DNA of 21,369 nt from Macrostomum lignano (lineage: Eukaryota): contig NIVC01002861.1 in NCBI GenBank assembly GCA_002269645.1, forward strand, positions 1 through 21,369. Reading direction: 5' to 3'. Below, piece after piece: positions 8,702-18,171 of this stretch. Each line of letters starts with the position of its first letter. Position 1 is the first letter of the stretch. The position numbers and the translations under genes were made by a program. A model generated the notes under the pieces. That model worked only from the letters and a program-made list of their open reading frames with translations, searched no databases and was not told the DNA's origin.

Positions 8702-11258
8702 GAGTTTACGAAGTTCTCGACGGAGGCCCGTATTGAGGGCCACCAGACCTTTGTCTGGAGGCGTGCCAATGTTTTCTGGACACCCAGGTGGCCTTGGTGC
8801 GCCAGCTGCAGGCAGCGGTAGCGCAGAATGGCAGGAACGACGATTTGGTGCCCTTTGAGCAGGAGTCCGTCGTGTTGTGAGAGCTCGTGCCGCATGCCGT
8901 GCAGGCTGTGCGCGTCGTCGCTATCGAGTTGCCACCGATGGAACCGGAGCCCGGATACGGCGGCTTGGATCGCCTTGTCGCCTACTGCGGCAACCTTGAT
9001 CGTTTCGAGGCTGATGCTGTTCGGTGCTGCTGCCTGTGCTGTCATTGCGATGTAGGCCGTGTCGAGATCCTCACCCTGGTTGTTCGGCGGTGTTGGACGT
9101 GGCTGGCGGCTCAGGACATCTGCCGGGTTGTCTGCGCCCGGCTGGTAGGTGACTTCGAAGTGGAGATCCTGCAGCCGAAGTGCCATGCGCTCGATCCGTG
9201 GCGGGGGCCGCGAGCCGGGGCTGAGCAGGCTGACCAGCGGCTTGTGGTCGGTGATGACCTTGAACTTTGGGCAGCCGCTAAGGTAGTGGTGGAACTTGAG
9301 GCACCCGAATTTGACGGCCAGCGCCTCCCTCTCTGTTTGCGAGTAGCGCTGCTCGCTGTCACTGAGGCTGCGGCTGGCGTAGGCGATTGGCCTGGTGAGG
9401 CCGCCAGGTTGCACCTGGGCGAGGATCGCCCCGAGGCCGGTCGGGCTGGCGTCGACGATCAGCCTGGTCTCGCAGTTCTTGTTGAAGAAGGCAAGCGTGG
9501 TGCTGTGAGCGATCGACTGCTTGATTGTCTGAAAGGCTGAGGCTTGCTGTGGGCCCCACGACCATTTCACGTTCTTCTTGGTCAGCTCTCGAAGTGGCCT
9601 CGCTTTGTCGGCGAGGTTTGGGATGAAGCGGGCTACGAATGTGACGAGTCCGAGAAAGGACCGCACCTCCGTTGCATTTTCTGGTCGCTTGAAGTTGGCC
9701 ACAGCTTCCAGCTTTTCCTCGGTCGGTTGGATTCCGGCCGCCGAGAGGCGCATGGCCAGGAAGTCGGCCTGCTGGGTTGCAATGCGGCATTTGCGGGGGT
9801 TCAGAGTCACGTTGTGTTGACGCAGCCTGTCAAGGCAGTTGCGCAGCCTCTCGTTGTGTTCCTTTATGGTGCTGGCGAAGATAATGATATCGTCATGGAC
9901 CCACCGCACGCCTCTCAAACCGCTCAGGATAGATGTCATGACGCGCTGTAGGATTTCAGATGCTGAGGTAAATCCCATGCAAAGGCGCTTGAGGCGGAGC
10001 AGGCCCAGAGGCGTTGAGAAAGTGAGCAGCTGCCGGGACTCCTCGCTGACCTCGATCTGGTGGAAGGCCTTGGCAACGTCTAGTTCGGAGAAATAGGTGG
10101 AGCCGGCCATCTCGTCGGTGACTTCTTCGAATGTCGGTATTGGCTGCTTTTCTGGAATGACGTACTTATTGACGTCCCTCAGGTCCTGCGTGATGCGGAT
10201 TTCGCCTGGCGAGGCCTTTGGAACGACCACCATGCGTGAACTCCAAGCGCTGGGCCCCGTCACTCGCTCCAGGATGCCGGCTGCTAGCTGGCCCTTCAGC
10301 TCCTTTTCCACGGCGGTTCGAAGATGCACCGGAACTCGAGACGGAGGGTGGCAGACTGGCAGCGCTTCTTCCTTCAGCTGGATGCTGACTGAGACGCCCT
10401 TGATGCAGCCGATTCCTTGAAAGCTGTCGCTGAACTCCTTCATGATCGATGACAGTCGCAAGTCTTGCGGAAGGTGCAGGTCGTTAACCGTTGGTGTCAG
10501 TCCGGCGGTGAGAGCTGTCTCGGCCTGCGGTCCGACCCTCAGCATCCCCATCTGCGTGCTTGTCTCGCGGCCTAGGATGGTGATGCAGTCCTCTCTGATG
10601 ACGATGAAGCGCACTCTCTCCGAGTTGCCGTTGATCTTCGTCTGCAGAGTGATCTGGCCAGCGGGTGTCAGGGGCCTCAATGCTCCGAGAGGATAGACCC
10701 TCGTGTGCGTGGGCTGAAGCGCCCGCTCGAGTGCTCCCGTTAGATGAATGGTCCGCTGGCTGAGCACGTTGCAGCTCGCACCGCTGTCGATCAGGACGGG
10801 TACGTTCGCGCCGTTGATGACCGCTTTGAAGGTGGCGCTTTTGCGGCTGGGGTCGAGGCTGGAGAATACCGCCTCCGCCAGGTGCGCCACTGCTGGTTCC
10901 TCTGGCTCAGGCTCTGCCATGTTAATGCGTGCGCGGCCGCTTAGGCAGGCCTTCGCCAGGTGGTGCAGCTTGCCGCAGTTACTGCAGCGCTTGCCTTGGG
11001 CCCGGTTGCAAGTGCGGTGGCCGGGCTCTCCGCACCGCAGGCATTTGTCGGCCGGGCTGGCTGGCGGGCGCCTGGTGGGGCGCTTGTCGCGTGCCGCATG
11101 CACTTCTTCAGCTGGTCCGGCTGCCGAGCGCTCCATGATTGCCGCTTGCTGGCTGGCTGCTTCGTTTGTTCTCGCCAGCTGGAGGGCATCGGGGAGGCTG
11201 ATGTTGGGCACGTTGAGCAGCCGCTTTCGGAGGGATTCATTGCGGCAGCAGGCGGCAC
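8702..11258 (-). pseudogene. pol: C-terminal gag fused in frame to protease, RT, RNase H and the start of integrase
   Basis: Zinc knuckles CLRCGEPGHRTC and CSNCGKLHHLAKAC (10945-11043). Protease LIDSGA (DSG at 10780-10788). RT motifs ITQDLRDVNK, LDVAKAFHQI and VHDD (9889-9900). RNase H motifs VDASPTGLG, YSQTEREALA, TDHKPL and NPADVLSR. Integrase HQGH. No stop between gag and pol. Confidence 0.95.
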
Positions 11259-11533
11259 TGGCGGAATTGGTACCGGGTGAATACCACATCAAGCGTTTGC
11301 TGCTCCGGCTGGTCAGTGGCGGGACGCGTCTGTGAGATCTCTTTAAAGATGTCTGCAACCTCTTTTCCCGCGGTATACAGGAGGATTTCCTGCTTCTGGG
11401 CGTCGTCCGAAATTCCTGATGCTGCCAAGAATCGCTTTAGTGTGGTGGCCCACTCTGTCCAGCGCTTGCTGACGGTGTGGGGGTCCGCGCTAATGCTGAA
11501 TGCGGATGGCGGCTGTAGCTGTAGTAGCGCCAT
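11237..11533 (-). pseudogene. gag: N-terminal gag (capsid region), frameshifting near 11255
   Basis: MALLQLQPPSAF...SKRWTEW...FLAASGISDDAQKQEILLYTAGKEVADIF and VFTRYQFRQC match the pattern of Mag-type gag. The ATG lies 23 nt inside the 5' LTR boundary. Confidence 0.85.
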
Positions 11534-11546
11534 TGGGTTCTGGCTT

Positions 11547-11555
11547 GTGACGCCA
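11547..11555 (-). promoter_or_regulatory. Primer-binding site TGGCGTCAC, probably tRNA-Ser
   Basis: Lies one nucleotide from the 5' LTR and begins with TGG (complementary to tRNA CCA). It is complementary to a ...GUGACGCCA 3' end, as in metazoan tRNA-Ser(CGA)-type tRNAs. The tRNA identity is from memory, not searched. Confidence 0.75.
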
Positions 11556-11556
11556 A

Positions 11557-11781
11557 TGTAGCGAGCAACTCTAGCTGGTTGTTGCGAGTGTTAGTTAGCC
11601 ACTCAAAAAGGTGAAGAAATAGAATGTGGCTGTGCCTGTATTTTTATTGTCTGGTAGAACACAGATTTCCGGTTCACTGAGTGCGCGTTGGGATGTGCTC
11701 GAGCAGAGGGAAGTGGATAGGCTGGGTGGGGGTCAGGGAGTGCAAACTAGGTACCCGAACTGCCTGCCTGCGCATGCTACA
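11557..11781 (-). repeat. 5' LTR (225 bp)
   Basis: TG...CA termini with a 6-bp perfect inverted end (TGTAGC/GCTACA). AATAAA on the - strand at 11643-11648. Confidence 0.97.
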
Positions 11782-13137
11782 AAAGAGTTGGTCTCTTCTC
11801 CTCAAACTCCGCTTCTACTATACTAGATTGGACTATACTAGAATACTAGATTGATCGTGTATATTTAAAACCAACATCGAATTTTAAGAATATTTTGCAA
11901 TATTTTACGCGTAAATTTAAAACTAGCCTTTCTAAGAATATAACCACTTGTACTTATGTATTCTCTCTATATAAATATTGGAATATTATCTGTACGTAGC
12001 AGCATTCTCATTCTAGAAATTTTCGCGATAAACAAATTTTAAATATACAAGCCTTTTCTTACTCGTAATTCCAGAACATTCTTTCTTCTGAAATAATATT
12101 TTTTTGATGGCAAAGCTATAAATATACATGTAGAAAATATAATAGATCCATTGTGCCACTATTATTTAACACCGCTACACAGACATAGCAACCTCGAAAA
12201 CGAAGCGAAAATTTATTCAGATTTTAAAAAGTCATTAGAATTATAAAAAGCATAGCAGAGTCAGAAAATTTTTACATTCCAACACTGATTTAAAAGTCTA
12301 CTGCCGAAGCTACAAGCTATTACAGCGGTAGGCAATACCCACGGGCAACCAGTAAGACTTCTTCAACTAGGCCTATGTAACACCTTGAATGTACTTTTTA
12401 ATTGAGAAATCAAATAATCTATTGATAATGCTGAAAATTTGTTGCATTCTTTGTTTTGTGTTGTTAACAATTACTTATGAATAATCGCGACAAAAATTTT
12501 GAAATCCAGCTTTCCATAAAATAAACTATGCATAAATCGATACACGCTATACACGAATGCAATCGATAATCAAGTATACAGCATCATTTATTGCACCGAA
12601 CTTACCGAAGTAATGGAACCATACCAGTAAAGCAATACCAGTAAAGTTTTTTAAAATAGCTACTTGCCTAAATACTTAATTGCCTATAAAAATATTTACA
12701 CTCAGTGACTCAAATATGCATATTTTGAATCAGTGAATGAGTCCGACCGCCGACCCTACTTGACTAAAGCCTGTACACTAGACTGGATTATATACTAATA
12801 TCGGATACTAAACATATAAATTTAAAACCATATTTAGTAATGCTATACAGTTTATATTATTTGTACTATTTAGTATTTGTTTTATTTGTACTTGTATCAT
12901 TTTTTCCACTCTTCCAGCAAACAAGTATTCTGCAAATGTAAGCTGAAGCACTGTATACTTTCGGTTAATGATCATTTGTAATAGTAGCATTAAAATGATC
13001 GTCTTCCAAAATTGAAGTGGGTAGCATGGTGCACCTTTTGCTTTGTAACCCCTCTCTTTAAATTCTCTTTGCACTATGTATAAGAGTGGAAGTGGGGGCC
13101 TCTATGGAAGTAGAGGCCTCTTGAGTGAGACGCTAGA

Positions 13138-13420
13138 GACAAGAAGTGCTGTAGTTTTGGAATGCAATCATTTTAAGACAGTTTTTATATTTAAATGATC
13201 ATCTTACAATCTTGAATTAGTATATAAATAAGGTGCTCATTTATAAAAAAAAGATGGATGGTTCCATGACTGCTTATAAGCTACATTGACAAGAAGTGCT
13301 ATAGTTTCAAAACACAATAATTTTAAGGCATTTTTCATATTTAAATGATTGTCATCCAAAATAGATATAATACATAAGGGGCTAATTAATATAAAATAGA
13401 ATCATTTGTTCCATGAAAGT
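13138..13420. repeat. Old degenerate tandem duplication, period about 150 bp
   Basis: GACAAGAAGTGCT(G/A)TAGTTT at 13138 and 13288. TATTTAAATGAT, TAAGG.GCT.ATT and GTTCCATGA recur colinearly in both copies. Confidence 0.65.
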
Positions 13421-14949
13421 TAGAATCTTCTATTTCTAGAAACAGTTTGTTATAATGTTCTAAGAACTTCCAAGTTTTATTTATTTAAAACAATTTTTAA
13501 GGTGATTGTCACTTCACTCTGTGATTATCATCCAAAATATTGCCAAACTTTTAAATACTTTTATCTATTCAAGGTGGCTATTTTGATATATGACCATTCT
13601 GATTTGATTTATAACCATTTACCATTTTGATGTGGCCATTTTGTGTGTAGCCATTTTGATATATATTCTTCTTTGAAACTCAAATGTGGATACAAAATTA
13701 GTATTAGAAAATCTAAATATACTAAATCTCTAATATTTGTTTGTTTGTATGTTCATTTGTATACTAAAAATGGTCTGTCAATAAGTAAGCATGTATGTGA
13801 TCAATCTAGAAAAATTTCATTATAATTCTATATTTTTTAATATATACATACTACATGATCTGAGATATTATAAATGTGATGTTGCACAAGTTACTTTTGT
13901 TTAAAACAATAATATAATATCAACATTGTTAGTCTAGGCAAAACTAAGTCAAGTCATGTTTGCAATCAAAGTAGAAAAGATACATGAACAGAACTATACC
14001 AAAGTGATAAATGTATTTATTTAACTGCATGACATGAAACCACAAACAACAATAGACAAACACTATCTAATTGGCAGGGGGTTAAAACCATGTACACTGG
14101 CAAGCACCAATGTATAAATGGATAGAGATAAAGCAATAGCACACAAGATTGATTAGTCATGGGAGAGAGAGTGAAAGGGATAGCAAAATAACATGAAATC
14201 CAAAGTTCAATCCCCACAAATATCATGTTCTAAAACAATTAATTAAAAATGTGCCATTTGCTAGATTGTTTAGTTAGAGGCAAGGGGCTATATTATATAT
14301 CTTGGTACACTTTACATGTATATCTTGGTTTATGTATGACACTTTGTAACATTGTCACAACTGGTAAGAGGTATTATTGCCCATTCCACTAACTCTCCAA
14401 AGCAAGCAAGCATGCAATGCATGGATGGATGGATACATATGCAGTCATAAACATAGGCATACATACTGGAATGTACAATAGCCTTAACTTTATTTATTGT
14501 TAGAAACATACACTTCATTGTGCCTTGAAAGTTGGCCTTCAAGGGTGTTAATTGCACAAGGAGACCCAAGCTGAGATTCCAATTTACCCCAAATTAATGT
14601 GACTGCACTTTGATTGCATACCAGACCACTGGGCTATGGCTTCCTTGCTAACTTATTTATTAGGCAAATAATTTTTCCCCTTTACATTGTAGCATGCTTT
14701 ACATATTAAGTATTTTAAGTAATATTAAAAACCAACAAAGCAAAAGGTCTAGAAGTACACTCATATGTAGATATTGCATTTGATTTTATATACTTTCTCA
14801 AACTCAAACTATGAATTATTGCTTTCTGAATTTTAGCTAGATGAAAGCAGCCATGGCGCCTGACTTAGCCAGCCAGCCTGGCATATAGAAGTCAGCTGAT
14901 AGTCAGCTAATAGCATTGTCAGCAACTGTCACTGTCTCCCATAGTAGAA

Positions 14950-15068
14950 ATGGGCTGCTCATACTCCAAGCGAGCTCCAGCAGGCAGCTCAGAACGCTGC
15001 CGGATGCTCTCCGTGTCTGGAGTAGTGCAAGCCCATAGGCACAACAATCACATAGTGGAAGAGCTCAC
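14950..15068 (+). CDS. Probable N-terminus of the formin-like protein (MGCSYSK..., myristoylation-type motif), out of frame with the GBD segment
   Basis: ATG in good Kozak context (G at -3 and +4), with an MG-C-x-x-S motif. A single extra base near 15069 would join it to EEQMEELW. Confidence 0.45.
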
Positions 15069-15358
15069 GAGGAGCAGATGGAAGAGCTGTGGCCAAAGTT
15101 CATTCAGGACATGGACATCACGGCCGACAAGGCTCAGGATTTGGCCGCCTTGGACACGGATAAGAAGTTGCAAGCGCTGCAGAATTGGCTCAGCTCCAAG
15201 CAGCCGGGTGAGGCCACGTCAACAGCCGGTTACTATGTGGCCCAGCTGCGCGGCCTTCGCGCCGGTGGCGGTGGTGGCGGCGGCGGCAACGGGCGCTGCT
15301 GCGAGCGTCAAGATTTGTTGAAAGGCTTGGAAAACTGCCTCAGATCGTATTCTGTACA
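15069..15358 (+). CDS. Formin-type GTPase-binding domain (Drf_GBD-like), first conserved coding exon segment
   Basis: MEELWPKFIQDMDITADKAQDLAALDTDKKL...YYVAQL...LLKGLENCLRS parallels the FMNL/DAAM/Diaphanous GBD pattern (ELEERF..VL..MNLPPDKA..L...D.EKKW ... LEISLRT). It includes a Gly8 tract at 15264-15287 and a GTGAGT donor at 15359. Confidence 0.8.
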
Positions 15359-15456
15359 GTGAGTGTCAATCGCATTAAAGTGCAGCTCTTCCAACAGTGT
15401 CAAAGAATGTATTTAACAATTATTTGATTTTAAATTTGCTTCTGTAATAATCCTAG

Positions 15457-15537
15457 GTGGTTAGAAGAATTCATGGACTGCGGCGGGCTCGACTTACTGT
15501 TGGATTATTTAAGCAGAGCGTTGGACAGCCTCATTAG
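15457..15537 (+). CDS. Second conserved formin GBD exon (81 nt)
   Basis: The 98-nt intron 15359-15456 is GT...TCCTAG. The phase-2 join gives YSVQ-WLEEFMDCGGLDLLLDYLSRALDSLI, matching the formin W..EF...GL..L..YL motif. GTAAG donor at 15538. Confidence 0.85.
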   Translation: MVRRIHGLRRARLTVGLFKQSVGQPH

Positions 15538-15610
15538 GTAAGACTGCTATTCGAAAGTTTTTGTTTGTTTATCTGTTTGTTGTTTGGTTTGCGTTAACTG
15601 ATCCTCTGTT

Positions 15611-17636
15611 GTAGCTTCAGTGGGTACCGCTATTCATTCCCTCAGTAGCTTCAGTGGTCACCGCTATCCATTCCCTCAGTAGCTTCAGTGGGTACCGCTA
15701 TCCATTCCCTCAGTAGCTTCAGTGGTCACCGCTATCCATTCCTTCAGTAGCTTCAGTGGGTACCGCTATCCATTCCCTCAGTAGCTTCAGTGTGTACCGC
15801 TATCCTTTTCCTTCAGTAGCTTCAGTGGGTACCGCTATCCATTCCCCCAATAGCTTCAGTGGGTACCGCTATCCATTCCCTGTAGCTTCAGTGGGTACCG
15901 CTATTCATTCCCTCAGTAGCTTCAGTGGTCACCGCTATCCATTCCCTCAGTATCTTCAGTGGGTACCGCTATCCATTCCCTCAGTAACTTCAGTGTGTAC
16001 CGCTATCCTTTTCCTTCAGTAGCTTCAGTGGGTACCGCTATCCATTCCCCCAATAGCTTCAGTGGGTACCGCTATCCATTCCCCCTGTAGCTTCAGTGGG
16101 CACCGCTATCCATTCCCTCAGTAGCTTCAGTGGGCACCGCTATCCATTCCCTCAGTAGCTTCAGTGGGTACCGCTATCCATTCCCCAATAGCTTCAGTGG
16201 GTACCGCTATCCATTCCCCTGTAGCTTCAGTGGGTACCGCTATCCATTCCCTCAGTAGCTTCAGTGGGTACCGCTATCCATTCCCCAGTAGCTTCAGTGG
16301 GCACCGCTATCCATTCCCTCAGTAGCTTCAGTGGGCACCGCTATCCATTCCCTCAGTAGCTTCAGTGGGCACCGCTATCCATTCCCTCAGTAGCTTCAGT
16401 GGGCACCGCTATCCATTCCCTCAGTAGCTTCAGTGGTCACCGCTATCCATTCCCTCAGTAGCTTCAGTGGGCACCGCTATCCATTCCCTCAGTAGCTTCA
16501 GTGGGTTACCACTATCCATTCCCTCAGTAGCTTCAGTGGGCACCGCTATCCATTCCCTCAGTAGCTTCAGTGGGCACCGCTATCCATTCCCTCAGTAGCT
16601 TCAGTGGGCACCGCTATCCATTCCCTCAGTAGCTTCAGTGGGCACCGCTATCCATTCCCTCAGTAGCTTCAGTGGGCACCGCTATCCATTCCCTCAGTAG
16701 CTTCAGTGGGCACCGCTATCCATTCCCTCAGTAGCTTCAGTGGGCACCGCTATCCATTCCCTCAGTAGCTTCAGTGGGCACCGCTATCCATTCCCTCAGT
16801 AGCTTCAGTGGGCACCGCTATCCATTCCCTCAGTAGCTTCAGTGGGCACCGCTATCCATTCCCTCAGTAGCTTCAGTGGGTTACCACTATCCATTCCCTC
16901 AGTAGCTTCAGTGGGTTACCACTATCCATTCCCTCAGTAGCTTCAGTGGGCACCGCTATCCATTCCCTCAGTAGCTTCAGTGGGCACCGCTATCCATTCC
17001 CTCAGTAGCTTCAGTGGGCACCGCTATCCATTCCCTCAGTAGCTTCAGTGGTCACCGCTATCCATTCCCTCAGTAGCTTCAGTGGGTTACCACTATCCAT
17101 TGCCTCAGTAGCTTCAGTGGGCACCGCTATCCATTCCCTCAGTAGCTTCAGTGGCACCGCTATCCATTCCCTCAGTAGCTTCAGTGGGTCACCGCTATCC
17201 ATTCCCTCAGTAGCTTCAGTGGGTACCGCTATCCATTCCCCCTGTAGCTTCAGTGGGTACCGCTATCCATTCCCTCAGTAGCTTCAGTGGGTACCGCTAT
17301 CCATTCCCCAGTAGCTTCAGTGGGCACCGCTATCCATTCCCTCAGTAGCTTCAGTGGGCACCGCTATCCATTCCCTCAGTAGCTTCAGTGGGCACCGCTA
17401 TCCATTCCCTCAGTAGCTTCAGTGGGTACCGCTATCCATTCCCTCAGTAGCTTCAGTGGGCACCGCTATCCATTCCCTCAGTAGCTTCAGTGGGCACCGC
17501 TATCCATTCCCTCAGTAGCTTCAGTGGGTTACCACTATCCATTCCCTCAGTAGCTTCAGTGGGCACCGCTATCCATTCCCTCAGTAGCTTCAGTGGGTAC
17601 CGCTATCCATTCCCCAGTAGTTTCAGTGGGTAACCG
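15611..17636. repeat. Intronic minisatellite, 34-bp unit GTAGCTTCAGTGGG(C/T)ACCGCTATCCATTCCCTCA, about 60 copies
   Basis: Directly visible; period 34 (e.g. 16561 to 16595). Confidence 0.98.
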
Positions 17637-17778
17637 TTACTCTCTACCTTTAGCTTAATCACAAGTTCCTCTTTCATTAATTAGTTATTGTCAACTGCCA
17701 AGGCTGAGCAATCAATATTATTTGCATAGAAGCCACTCCGACTGTGCTTAAACCTCGTTACAAATAAATAACGCACAG

Positions 17779-17838
17779 GTGGTGCAGCTGTAGCAGGGCT
17801 ATAGCTGTGTCGCAATCAGTCGACACTTTGTCGTACTC
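17779..17838 (+). other. Candidate 60-nt frame-preserving exon of the formin gene
   Basis: Bounded by CAG| and |GTGAGT and open in the phase-2 frame required by the previous exon (WCSCSRAIAVSQSVDTLSY). The acceptor lacks a pyrimidine tract and I recognise no homology. Confidence 0.25.
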
Positions 17839-18171
17839 GTGAGTTTAAATTGCTCAAACAATCTGATGTGTGTATTGCAGTACGTGCAGTGGAATTAGCT
17901 ATAAGCACTTGGTTTTCGCTATTATTAATTATTTTCGCGATCAAATGTCTGTGTGAAAGCATCATTTTGGCTACTAAAAAAGTTGCTAGCTATTTTGGGT
18001 TCAACTAATCTGCGCTCAAAATGGTAGAGCTGTTTTGCTACACTCCGCTAATTAATATAATTTGCGCATGTATTATACATTTTTATTGTTGAGTTGCTGT
18101 GTTTGGAGCTAGCTTGCTTTTATTGCAGTTGAAAGCAAGAACGATTTTTGTGCCAAGTGACCTTTGTTTGG

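Larger units (their letters stand above)
7326..11781 (-). mobile_element. Full-structure Ty3/Gypsy LTR retrotransposon, Mag-like, 4,456 bp, with two frameshifts
   Basis: Two 225-bp LTRs with TGTAGC...GCTACA termini. AAAGA duplication at 7321-7325 and 11782-11786. PBS and PPT present. Domain order gag-PR-RT-RH-IN is the Gypsy order. Paired zinc knuckles, fused gag-pol and short LTRs fit the Mag lineage (clade call is inference). Confidence 0.97.

Noticed and set aside
11259-11358. N-terminus MQTSLKR... of the 895-aa ORF, and likewise MALNTGLRR of the 333-aa ORF
   Set aside because: These are off-frame extensions upstream of the frameshift points; the true protein uses the adjacent frames there.
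7395-11561. Numerous + strand and alternative-frame ORFs within the retrotransposon
   Set aside because: Antisense shadows of a GC-rich gag-pol with no recognisable motifs.
12712-12725. 14-bp palindrome AAATATGCATATTT
   Set aside because: It is AT-rich and isolated, and plausible by chance in this composition.
13097-13136. Hairpin plus CTAG as a Helitron 3' end
   Set aside because: CTAG is about 15 nt from the hairpin and followed by A rather than T, and no matching 5' TC end was identified.
11860-14800. Short ORFs (60-88 aa) in the AT-rich interval
   Set aside because: No coding-like composition, motifs or consistent splice sites.
15069-15321. C-terminal part of the 123-aa MGCSYSK ORF
   Set aside because: It overlaps the frame that carries the formin GBD motifs and correct splice phase.
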